Below, piece after piece: positions 10,788 to 23,321 of a DNA stretch of 50,428 nt. The position numbers and the translations under genes are program-made. Position 1 is the stretch's first letter. Every line of letters begins with the position of its first letter. This DNA comes from Nemertoderma westbladi (Eukaryota > Animalia > Xenacoelomorpha): the NCBI GenBank assembly GCA_032718475.1, contig JAUCBJ010006342.1, forward strand, positions 1-50,428, read 5' to 3'. A model generated the notes under the pieces. That model had not been told where the DNA came from. It was given only the letters and a program-made list of their open reading frames with translations, and made no database searches.

Positions 10788-13700
10788 TTGTCCGTTTGTA
10801 ATAACCAGAAATATGGGTTAATGTGGGTAAATATGGGTCTCCTGTTCAGGCAGCTGAGGGAACACCGTGTATGTTCCTCCCAGCAGGTCCGGGAGTTGGA
10901 AGGGACTGTTCAGCAGTTAAAGGGAACAGTAAGAGAGGGTAGGTTAGAGTTGCAAGAAGTGCAGCAGAGTATCGCTTTAGAATGCGATAAATTGGTAAAT
11001 ATACAAAGGGGTATACCACCACCCCCTGTAACAATAACAATGTGTCAACCTGTTAGGTCTGAAGTATTTCATACGCAAGGTGTGGAGCCTACACGCATCT
11101 ATACTGTTAGTGAAGTAGAAACTCCTATAGTAAACCCTATTAAAGGTAATTATAAACCTGTTGATAATGATATTCCATATAGACCTGGTCATAATCTGAG
11201 AAATTTATATACCGATAACTCGATATTAAATAATACGATGGCCCAAGAAAGTTTTACGCGTCAAATGGCTAGAACCGAAGCCCGTCAAGTGGTAAAGGTG
11301 GGAGAAATCGTCAAGTTTAATGGAGATGAGATGAAATGGTTACCTTTTAATGAATATTATAAAGATAACATCCAGAACTCTGTACTATCTAACGGAGAGA
11401 AACTTAGATTCCTCATCGAGTGCTTAGAAGGACCTCCCAAGTTAATGGCATTAAAGTTTATTGGACATCCAGATGGATTAATACAAGTTTGGGATACACT
11501 AAACATCAGGTATGGTAATAGGACTAACATAGCTAGGTATTTGTATGCGAAATTATTAGCGCCCCGAAAGTTTCTTAGCAGCGGGATTATAGAGTTTTCC
11601 GATGAGATTCAGGAGATCTGTAGACAACTAGATTGGTTAGGTAAGTCTCAGGAGTATCAGAGTTCCATGGTTGTTGGAGCCGTAGCATCTACTTTGCCAA
11701 AGGGTGGAGGAGGTACTCGTTGGGACAAAAGAGTTCTCTATATGATGGAACAGCAACAAAGAGACCCTACCATGGCTGATCTCATGTCATTCTTAAATGG
11801 AGAGGTAAAATTACAGCTCCTAAAGCAATCCCGAGAGAAGACACCGGAAAATAAGGTAAGTGAAAAACCCGTTTCTAGGAGAAAGTTAACACCAGTGTGT
11901 TATACAGACAACGGCGAAAGCCAGACCTCTCACGAGGAGAACAGCGGGTAAGACACCGAAAGATCTTATTATGTCAACAAAACACCGAAAGACGTAAGTA
12001 AATCTAAGTCTCGAACCAGTGACAGGAGAGAACAGGTAACAAAAACTCCTCCTACGTCTCCTAAGAGAATTCATGGAAGAAATCCCGAGGAAAGAACAAG
12101 TGTGCATAACACCACACAGGGTAAAGTAAGTAACATCAAACCCAAATGTGCATTGTGCGATGTGCCCCATCGCTTGAGAGGATGTGATGAATTCTTGAAG
12201 AAATCCCTAAAAGATAGACGTGATGTCATGTGGGATAAGCGGTTGTGTTATAATTGTCTCAGACAAGGACACTAACGGCAGACCTGTTACTCAGATGCGA
12301 GGTGTGCTAAGTGCGGCGCGAAACATCATATCTTGCTGCACACCGAATTTGAAAGAACCCCCACGAGTCAGGTAAGTGAGCCTGAACTACTTGTTCAAAT
12401 CAGTGATGTGAATGACACTGACCACAGCTCTGAGATGGAAGGATTCTACATGGACGAATTCTCAGACGAAAACGAATCCTGTTATATGATAAACACCGCA
12501 GTGTATCGAGCGCTTACGTATGAGACTGAAACCGATAACGAAACGCAATCGACTATTCCGGACCGACAACCATCTTGGAAAGTGCCAACTTCCAACGTCG
12601 GAATTCGGGAATTCCCAGTAGTTCAGCTGAGAGTCCATGGGCCAGGTAAGAGTTTTATAATAAACACCCTCCTGGACTCCGGCAGCACAGGAACATTCAT
12701 TGACAAAGAACTAGCCGAAGACATCTTTGCTGGACAACCCAAGTTCCGAACTAAGTTGAACCTTTCAGGAATTATGCAGGTTTGGAAATCCACAGTAGCT
12801 ACAGACTACTATGTAGGCGCATTGTCTACTCCCCAGGACGAACAAGGAGAACACAGCATAAGGTCAGTAAAAATGGTGGCGATAAAGAACTTTGCTACCA
12901 GCCAAGTGGAACCTTACAACTGGGATGAAGACGATTTTACCCAGCAGCATGATATCCCTAGATTCAACACCGACTACCCAGGGGTACAGATACTCATCGG
13001 CCAAAATGCGCATGAGGCGCTAGAGACATTGGAAAAACGGCCTGCTCGACCGCAACCATTACAAACATATGCGGGAAGAACGAGAGTAGGTTGGTACTTC
13101 ACTGGACCTTCCCGTAGAACACTCATGGAAAGATTACCTAACGACCAAGTACATCAGGTGAGTGAATGGGAAGAAGAAATCAGTGAGGGAGAGACCACAA
13201 CTGAGGGAACACCATACTCCTCAGATAATGACGATATTAACCAATTATTCGACGAGGAAAATACAATCAACCTCCTCACCAAAAATGAAACTTGGCGAAA
13301 CCAAGTGAACCTGTGCCATCTCATCAATCATGGCGGACAATTAGACTACAACGACAAACTAAATGAGGTGATAGATCGATACAACGATAAGATTCGCGAT
13401 GAACACGCCGTACGATTCTTTACTCAAGAAGAGGTAGAGCCTAATTCCTACGACAAGGCCCTATCTGTCGAGGAGGAGAGAGCCAAGCAGATTCAGGAAA
13501 CGACTACCCGTTTTCTTAAAGATCAAGGTAGGTATCAGATTGGTCTTCCGTTCCGACGGCGAGAACCCAACTTTATAAATAACCGACCCTTAGCGGAGAA
13601 GAGAATCGCGCAACTACATCGGCGTCTTACGGCCAATGCTTCAGCTAAAGAGATGTATAAGACCCAGCTGAAGAAATTCATCGATATGGGATATGCAGAG

Positions 13701-16551
13701 CGAGTACTGGAAGAGACACCCATAACTGAGAGAACGTATTATCTAACACATCATTACGTTCCCAAACCCGGTAACCCAACGAAGTCCGGGTAGTATTCGA
13801 CGGCTCCGCCCTTTACATGGGCCAATCCCTTAACTCTGAGTTGTTGCCGGGACCCAACTTACTCCAATCCCTGTTGGGAATACTCTTAAGATTACGGCAA
13901 TATTCTATCGCTTTCGCTTCGGATATAGAAGGCATGTTCTTACAAGTCAAGGCACTGGATAGGGATCGAGACAGCCTACGATTTCTGTGGTGGCCTGAAG
14001 GAGACCTCAACCTAAAACCGGTGGAGTACTGGATGACCATCCAGGCTTTCGGGATCATCTCGAGCCCCTCGAACGCTTGTTCAGTAGTGCGTACCACTGC
14101 TGATGACAACCGAGACGCCTTCTCTAAAGCGGTTATCGACAACATCAAACGGGATATATACATGGACGACAATTTAAAGTCCCTCCCATCGGTGGAAGAA
14201 GCCATTGATGTTGCCAAGGGAACGGTAGAGTGCTTGAAACGCGGTGGATTTCGACTAACCAAATTCACTAGTAACTCCCGTAAGTTTCTGGAATCGATCC
14301 CAGTAGAAGATCGAGGTGTTAAAGATCTGGACCTTATCAAGGACGATCTTCCGGAAACCAAGACGCTTGGTTTGAAATGGGACATGGAGAGAGATATCCT
14401 GTTTTTCCAGCTAAAACAGCGAGATAATCCAGTTCGCACTAAACGGATTTGTCTAAGTATCCTGAGCACTTATTTCGATCCATTGGGATTTATTAGCCCA
14501 GTTATATTGGTTGCTCGGAGTTTAGTACAACAAATGTGGCTTGAAAACCACTCGTGGGATGATCCACTTAAGGGAGAACTACTAAAGAAGTGGATGAAAT
14601 GGGAAGATTCTCTACCATCCATCGAGAACTTTACGATTTCCCGTTCATATTTTGGTCACGTTCTCCCCACGTATTCCTATCAACTCCATGTATTTGGAGA
14701 CGCCAGCGATATGGGAATAGGTATAGTAGCCTACCTGAGGGTTGAAACTCCGGATGGAATTAAAGTTGCCTTGGATACCTCTAAGGCCTTGATAAACAAC
14801 AAGCTACGAGTTCCTCGAGTGGAGTTAAAGGCGGCTCTATACGCTACAGCCATCGGCCGGAATGTAACAGAACAGATCGACTATCCACTGGAGAAAACTG
14901 TCTATTGGACTGATGCTTTACTCGTTTTGGAGTATATAACCAAGGCCGTCATGTATTTGAAGCCATGCTTCCATCATCACTACTCCAGGACGAAGATCGC
15001 TAGTGATACCGCTCCACCGACATCCGCGCAGGTCCATGCTATTAAAGATCTTCCCAAATACAAAGTATCAGATAGGTTTCTGACAGAGAAGATCAGTTAC
15101 CAGGAGCATGAAGAAACCAATAAGCAGATACTGAGACTCCTGCAATGCTATGAAGATTCTGATAAGTATTTCCTGTTGTTGAGAAATCCACAGACGCGCT
15201 TAAGGGATCGTTTCTCTAGCACAATGATAGATGGGTTAATACGTGTTGGAGGGAGATTAACTAATGCTCCATTATCCTTTGACACTAAATTTCCCATACT
15301 CATTAGAAATCTTGAAATACAAATCAAGATGATTGTAGATGTTCACAGTAGGCTTTACCATGCTGGTAGAGAACGAGTTCTTAGCGAAATTCGAACTCGC
15401 TATTATTTCCATACACCCCGTAGAGCTCTGAACCAAGTTCTTAGGAACTGTATACCCTGTAGGAAAGCATTCAGTAGGCCTTTAACACACCGAGAGGCAG
15501 AATTACCTAGGGAACGAGTAAGCTTCTATGAACCACCCTTTACGAATACTGGTGTGGATTTATTTGGCCCTATTGAAGTATATCGTGCTAGGACTATAGT
15601 CAAGCGATGGTGTGTCACCTTTGTCTGTATGACTTGTAGAGCGATCCATCTATGGTGAACGATCTATCTACCAACAGCTTCATACTGAGCTTACGCCGAC
15701 AGATCGCTCGCTTTGGAACTAGCAACACGATGAGATCTGATAAGGGAACGAACTTCATTGGTGCCAATAATGAGATCAAGGCTTAGCTTAAAGATTGGAA
15801 CCAAAGACAGATGGACGATCAGCTAAGGGTAACAGCATCTAGCTGGACCTTCAACGCCGCTGATGCCCCTTGGTGGGGAGGAAGTTGGGAGAGATTAATA
15901 AGGAGCGTGAAGACCACATTTCACTTAATAGTGCCGCGCCGCGCGTATCTCACCGACAAACTTTTGCGGACGTTAATGGAAGAAATTGCCGCCTATCTTA
16001 ACGAGAGACCGCTTATGCCAGTCTCATCGAGTCCCGACTCCCTAGAAGCGCTAACACCCGCGCATTTCCTACTGAAGAAACCTGTAGCCATGCTCCCACA
16101 ATCGGAAATCACGGACGGAGACGAATACTGCCGACAAACTTGGCAACTTATGCAGTTATTATCCCGTCGTTTCACTGACCATTTCGAAAAACATTATCTG
16201 CCTACGCTACAACTTCGAACCAAGTGGTTTGCGCAGCAAGAAAACGTCAGCGCCGGAGACATGGTCCTTATTGTGGAATCAGATCTTCCACGTAAGCGGT
16301 GGCAGACAGGTCGTATCATCGAGACTCATATATCCGATGATGGTTTAGTGCGATCGGTAGAACTCATCGTCATGCGACGTAACTTTAAGAAACCTGGAAT
16401 TGTATTCGAAACACAGCAACTCAATCGCCCAGTTGGTCGTTTATGTTTACTGGAAAGAGACAGAGAACTCTCCGGAAACTATGGAAGGCAAGATACCCTT
16501 CCCACGACCACCTCCCTAATCCAACAAACATCTAGGGACTCCCCAACGTAA
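10788..16551 (+). pseudogene. BEL/Pao gag-pol with in-frame stops and frameshifts
   Basis: Gag KFNGDEMKWLPF; CALCDVPH..C / CYNCLRQGH / CAKCGAKHH knuckles near 12145-12330, in frame across stops at 11949 and about 12273; protease LLDSGS; RT YMDD; RNase H LHVFGDAS; integrase HAG..CIPC, TGVDLFGP, WWGGSWERL; frameshifts near 13790 and 15655. Confidence 0.95.
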
Positions 16552-18262
16552 CAGCGTCTGGAGTGGGTGTGTGACTATATTATTTTATATTTGTTCTTAT
16601 TATTTTATACTTATGTATGTATTATTATGTAATTTTATTATAATCGTTTTCTTTAATTTTATTTAGTAGAATGTTATTTTAGCGATTATTTAGTAAATTA
16701 GTGCAATATATATTCGTGTTTATTACTTAATTACTTATATTATATATTTAGTGAAACGGCGAGAAATAATTATTTTTCTCTTTCCTTACTGTCCGTATCA
16801 TATTATAAATACGTGACTACAGTAAGATGAAATATCCGTACTTATTAAAGTACAATAAAGCTCCTACTATACTCAAGTATTATTGGTAAGTAGAGTATTA
16901 GGAATGCAAAGTTCAGATCCTCGTGTCTCGGCTAAACCAAGCTCTGGGTAGACCTTGGAAACGACTTGCCTCTTCTCACTGACATTGCTCCTTGCAATAT
17001 TGCTCTCATACCGTATATTAAATAATACATATAGTAGCGTGATGTCCCTTTAACAGTAGCGTAAAACGCAAAATAAATCTGTTAAACCCTTTGACCATCT
17101 GTAATTCTAGTCGATTAAGATATCGCGGCACCCACCGATATACTTGAAAGACAAAATTCTAGAATCAGTGGTTAACGTCCCCAGACATGTTCTGGAATAA
17201 ATCGGTGCCCATCTTAAATATTAAATATTAATAAATAATTATAAAATCTGTCAAAACAAATATAATAGAGTAAATGCTTACAAGTTTTAACTCTAGAAAA
17301 TCTATAAATCAAAATCTGTTAAAATTTAGATCCTTTAAAATTCTAGTCGATTAAGATATCGTAGCACTTACCGATACTCTTAAAAAGACAAATTTCCTAG
17401 AATTAAGGATCCTAGTCCCCAGACATGTTCTGGAATAAAATTGTGTCTATTCTAATATTAAATAATAAAATTTACGGGAATAAATTTAAATTCATATCCT
17501 CTCATGAATTTGATAAATTGTCATTTTATACAATTTATAACATTCCCAAAATTCCATTAATTAATAGATCATGGGAGCGGAGATTCACCCTATTAAGTAT
17601 ATTAGTGTGCGAGAATCTCCAATATATAGTCAATAGCCGATAAAATTCATAAAATCATGTATAAAGGGGAATATTGACAATTAAAGAATCACTATTAAAT
17701 AGCATCCCAGATCTGTATGCATGAGAATTACCCTAATTCTACTGCTAGCTTTCCATAATGTCACCATAGCAACAACCACGCTAGAATTAGAAGCGAGTTA
17801 AAAGAGCAATAGAAAGCTTGCCCCATTGAATAGCATACGGAATAAATAGCACACTGCTAGTATCCAGGGATACATAATAATAACGTGGCATTCTGGAAGG
17901 CACTTGACTAATGGACAAATGGCCCGAATGTGTGCTGTTTGTGACAGTTGTGTGGAATTTGTGCGTTTATAGGTGAATGTTACTACTAAAGTGTGTTTAC
18001 AGTAGCGAGTCGCAGTTGTGAAAGTTGCCCTACCTCTGTAGCAAGAACCTGACGTAATTCTAAGCCCTTGGGACGGACAGTGGAGTGACTCGCGCTGGTT
18101 GTTGTTGTCGTTGTGTAGCTACTACGTTGGCGAAAGACACAGCGGCGACAGTACCTCAGCGCTGAGGAGCTTGCGCTGTCCGGGGGCATTGAGGGGGAGG
18201 CAGCGACGACCGCTAGCCTAAATTATAAGTAATTATAATATCGATAAACTCATATAGCAGCT

Positions 18263-19814
18263 ATGACTGAGTTGTTAGAAGATGATCTTGGTATCAGGGA
18301 GCGATATACCCTACCATTGCAAGCGTTTGTTGATAGTTTAATACGCGGCGACGCTAGTCCACCCACTACGGAGGACGATGGCCGTTATATCGAACCGCCA
18401 ATGTCAAAGGAACAGCTCACGCGTGAATTGGACTATAGAAAATTCATCGCTCGCTATACGCATCGTAATGGTGCATATATAGACTTCTTAACTACTGGCC
18501 ATCCTATCGATTTACACGATATGGACGATGTAGACACCAAAAGGGAAATGATCCTATTTAAATATCATACCCAGCGGAGTCGGAACGATAAACTGCGAAT
18601 CGAACACGAAAATTCTTTTCGAAACCAACTCGAAAGAGAAGACTTTAAAGAACCGGATAAACGCAGTGACTTCAACGTATATTTGGAATTCTTGAGAGAA
18701 ACATTGTAAAACTGGAGAAAGATCACCCGCGTTTCTCCTACAAGACGTGCGTCTTTGGTATTATTACGATGAATGCCCTAGACCCAACCAACAAATGGAA
18801 AGACATAAACATCCACGGAGATGTTGCGCTAAACACAGTTTTACTCGCTATACTTACGGGAGTTTCGAGCGAAACTTGTTCGACGTATCACCTACGCTCG
18901 CTCGACTCAAACGATCTTTAAATAAACCGATGATCAGAGTTCCGGAATACTCGGTCAGACATCCCCGTTCCCTGGTGAGACCTCAGTGTCTTGATCCTAA
19001 TAGTATGACAGATCCTCCCGAACTGTACTCACTGTTCAAAGATCTAGTGTTACCCGAACAATTAGTCAGTGGCACTCCGGTTGTGGGCTCCCTAGATATT
19101 CGCCCATCTTACCTAGCCGGATTGGGACGCGGACACCTAATATCGCCGTTCAACCGTATAATCGTCCCGGTTTAACCCGATACAACCTGTCACCGAGGTG
19201 GAGGAGAGAGTTGTATGAAACGTGTTAGACACTATTCGACAATAGATCGGAAAAGGAACTTAAGATTGTTTAGAGAAACGTAAATTGCAGCAGCAAGTCC
19301 AAGCGGTAAACGAATTAGCTCTACCTCAGTTCGATCGGGAAATCCAGAATCTCTAAGAAGATATCGAACTTGGACGACCCTACTCTCTGCAAGAGTTTTG
19401 GACGAATGCTTTCAACGACAAGCGGAGGAAAATCAGCTCGAGGAGAAGCATATCGATTCTGATAGATCCCGAGAACGCGAGTTGGAAAGAATCACCAAAC
19501 CGAGGAAATTTCTCACTACACACGGTCCACCTACCGCTCTCGTGCAAACAACCCGTCAGGGACCAGTAAGAGCTGCTGTCTTAAAACGCGCTCTCAAGGT
19601 TGTTCGACCTCGTTCCACTGAGGTTGATACCGATCAACCGGGTACCTCGACCGGCGGATACACCGACAGTAACCCTAAACCTTCCGATGCAATTGTATTG
19701 CACCCCTCATCCAGGAGTTATAGCCCTCCTAGTAAAGTGGCTCGCCCCAAAGAGAAAAGGACTCTTGCTAGCCTCAAAAAACTTCGTAAACGCCGTTCAC
19801 GTAAGAAGGACTAA
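18263..19814 (+). pseudogene. Additional disrupted ORF of unknown function in the env position of the BEL element
   Basis: Three consecutive sense ORF segments (18263-18709, 18747-19175, 19398-19814; the last two share a frame), ending in basic LKKLRKRRSRKKD shortly before the PPT. Confidence 0.55.
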
Positions 19815-19884
19815 CTGTTTAGAGTATTTTTATATTTTAGAAACTGTGATTTTTTATATTTTATAGAATTAAATCCCATTTTCT

Positions 19885-19892
19885 GGGAGCGG
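19885..19892 (+). promoter_or_regulatory. Short purine-rich tract (PPT candidate)
   Basis: gggagcgg abuts the 3' LTR. Confidence 0.6.
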
Positions 19893-20991
19893 TGTAAAAG
19901 CTTTTGCGGACATAACAAGTCATTTTCTCCACAATGTACCGTGTAGGTGCTTTAGCGGACATAACAAGTCATATTTTGCCGCAATGCGCTTAATACTCTA
20001 AAAGACTGGAACTCAGATGACGAAATCTGTCAGCTGATTTACTGCATACGTGGAACCTCTCTTTGTTCTGCTCAGCCAATCAGAGCGATTTTCATTTTAT
20101 GTTGGACAAGGGCCTATGTAAAACCGCGCAATGCATTACGGTCTTTGTTTACCTTTTCTGAGCCTCAGAACACCGGCTTAGAATTCTTCTGTGCTTCTGT
20201 AGAAGTTTCAGACTTTGGCCAAACATTAGATGGCTTTGATTATAGGAACGTAAATCTTTATCTTCCGATCACCTCACTCGGACAACTGCACCTACCGATA
20301 CTGTGCTCTTTCACCGCATTATTTTACTTCTGTTTACTGTCTGTTATTAATTGTTGTATATTGATGGATATGTTGTTATATTTGGAGAATACCGATAAAT
20401 AATCATAAAACCCCCAATCTTCTTGATTACTGAAGGTAAGAGGGACCGGTTACCTGTAGCAATTGCGACTTACATTATAGTGGTTTTTGTGTGAATTAAA
20501 TGCTATTTCATAATCCCTACATGTGTCAGTTGCTATCCTCCTTATATATGATCAAATTCAGTGACGGTCGGCAGATCAGTGTGAAGTAGTGTGAAGTAGT
20601 GTGACAGATAATAAAGCATCTCCTAAAGAATGCGCTATTTACGAAACTCAGTAGCCATCTCGTTGTGTTTAGTATAAGTCATAACTCTGTTTTATATACT
20701 TAAAGCGCCACGTCCTAAAGGAACTGTTAATATTTCCCCGAAAGTAAATAATATTGTCAGAGATTATATAGTAACGATCAATCGAATAATACAGTAGGTC
20801 TGCACCGCAATCACTTCAAAGCATCCGAATCCAGTCTCCCTTAACAGTGGGTGAATGATCGCGCATAGACTGGCTTCGGCTAATGTTACTTTATGTGCAC
20901 TAAATACTTGTTATAGGCTAAAGTCGATTTATAAACAAGAGGACACCTAAAATTGGCAGGTTAAACTGCTAAAGGTCTGAAAGCGCGAACA
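19893..20991 (+). repeat. 3' LTR (1099 bp)
   Basis: tgtaaaag...gcgaaca followed by TSD tacac. Confidence 0.97.
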
Positions 20992-22519
20992 TACACAATA
21001 GAACTGGTTACAGCTTCATTTTTGAGAGTAATCATCTGTTATCGCCCCCCCCCCCCCCCCCCCCCCCCCCCCCGATAACTACCATGCTATCATGCGATAT
21101 GCTACCAGTCCCCCCCCCCCCCTCTCCTATGCTAGATGTCCTCCATGTGGTGAGGAACCTTGAAACATTGCCCAGAAAATTAAGTTGATCATCGTTAGTC
21201 GAATATATTGGATATTTGGAGAGATCGCGTTTCCGGGAACCTGGTGTTGTTGTTTCAACATTCACTATATTCCAATACTTCACAATGAATGATACGAATT
21301 CTGCAGTAACTTTGAAGTCAAATACATTGCATTGTTGTTGGCAAAGCTAAATAAAATTTGAAAAAATACTAGCTAGTACAAAAATACTAGCTACCATGTC
21401 TCCAAAACGTAACTGTTTGATGTAAAACATCTCGTAGGTAAGAAAAAAATTATATTTAGAATTTTGAAAAATAGCTATTTTTTTTATAGAAATGTTCTAG
21501 AACAAAAAATATTTGTTCTAGAACAATGTTTTTTTTAGTTAAATGGCTGTCATATTCTAGAACATTTAATGCAAGTAGCAAAAACTAGCTAGTCTAAAAA
21601 ATTTGGCATGGTAGGTATAGGTACGCCTATCGAAACATTACCCACTGTAACTGTACAGTATATCGTAAATACTGAACTGAATCGCATAGGTCTACACACA
21701 CTCACATTATTATGTAGATGCACTATGTGAGGAAATACAATAAAAAGCGAATTATTGTGGAATTCGGATATTATGGTTGCTTTTTTTGTCTACTGTACTC
21801 ATTTACTTCAGCAATACATGTCATGTTGTCAATGATACTCATCAATTTAATATGGAATGTATAAAAGATGAAACTATAATAATTGATTTAAGCAAACGTC
21901 TTAATATGCAGGCCTACAAAAAGATAAAAATTAATTATGACCTATATAATAATCACTAAAAACGTGTAGGCATATATCATGTTATGTTCACAACTATATC
22001 ATGTGGCAGTAATTAATAAGTGTAGGCCTCAACTGGTATTTTTATTTTGCCTATAGCTACCTAGCTTCCAGTCCTGGTATAAATAACATTCTAGAAGTCC
22101 TGGCCTGTATTAAAGGACGCCTTGGGTGGTGGTGACCGTGTGCCTTACGGAGGTCGACAAAGATTGGAAAATTAAGAGTTCGATCCCAGAAAAATTATGG
22201 AAACTTGTTTGGAAACTGCAGTACAGTATTTTGAATCTAGAACTTATACTGTAATACACAAACACACAGTTGTATTTGATGTTCTAAATAAGTTTTATTT
22301 TTTTATATCTTTTAAAAAGTAGGCTACTAACCAACACCATATCAAAATTACTAGCCACCATCTTACTGACAGATGATAAAATATTTGTTCTAGAATAAAA
22401 AACTCCTGATAATAGCCATTTTCACCAGAAAAAATTATAAAAATATTTTAAAGATGATAGAAAAAATAATAAAGTATTGAGGGTCTTTAGCTGGTTATAT
22501 TATATTATATAAAGATATA

Positions 22520-22559
22520 ATAGTAAACGTTTTCGACCTACCGGTCTGCATCAGACTAT
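22520..22559 (-). ncRNA. Minimal type I hammerhead ribozyme variant at the PLE 3' end
   Basis: Minus strand: atagt CTGATGCA gacc ggta ggtc GAAA acgt t t actat. Stems I and II pair, stem III is palindromic, and the core is CUGAUGCA rather than CUGAUGA. Confidence 0.7.
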
Positions 22560-22667
22560 GTACTGGCAACTAACAGGAAAAGGTGGGGGTCTATATATAT
22601 ATATATAAGTGTTAAAGGGGAATACCTGATAGGTGAATCCCAGAAAGGTTAACGTGTACAGTATGTA

Positions 22668-22912
22668 CACCATGTCCCAGAATATAGTGTCGTAATTCAG
22701 TGACACGGCCCCCCCCCCTAATTTTTCTACAAATCTTAATGAGATTGCATGAAATTTGAAACAGAGATAGTTCCACCTCCCGACCACTCAGTGGTCGGGA
22801 GGTGGAACTATCTCTGTTTCAAATTTCATGCAATCTCATTAAGATTTGTAGAAAAATTAGGGGGGGGGGGGCCGTGTCACTGAATTACGACACTATATTC
22901 TGGGACATGGTG
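22668..22912. mobile_element. Near-perfect palindromic MITE with CAC...GTG ends, inserted in the PLE 3' region
   Basis: Arms of about 120 bp around a 3-nt loop (tca, near 22789); tatgta on both flanks. Confidence 0.9.
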
Positions 22913-23321
22913 TATGTACTGTATAACGTAAGGTAATTGTGATAGGGAAAATACACCGAGTTAGTTATAAGCTGTCAATCTAAAGGACAAATATAGGGTT
23001 GCAGGTTGGGTTATAAGGTTGGGAGAAGTTGAGTGATCGGTTGAGGGAGTGGTCATGTGTCTACATACTGAATGGTATAATTGGATTAGGTAGGTTACAT
23101 AGGATTATGAGGTATCTACTTAAAGCGCATGGTTAGGTAGAATGCAACATAATGATAGCTGTAATTTTTACAGAGTAAGAAAACACAAGAAACAGAAAAA
23201 CCAAGACAAAAACAAAAAGGAAGGTAGGGGAAAAGCACATAAAGACCGGAAATTCGCTATAGGGGCACTGTATAGTTGTGTAAGATATAGAATATAGGGT
23301 GTATTATATAAAACCTTGGGT

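Larger units (their letters stand above)
8539..20991 (+). mobile_element. Full-length BEL/Pao LTR retrotransposon (defective)
   Basis: Two TG...CA LTRs; 5-bp TSD tacac (8534-8538, 20992-20996); gag with triple CCHC, then PR-RT-RH-IN. Confidence 0.97.

Noticed and set aside
18263-19814. env gene call for the extra BEL ORF
   Set aside because: No signal peptide, TM segment or fusion-protein Cys pattern visible.
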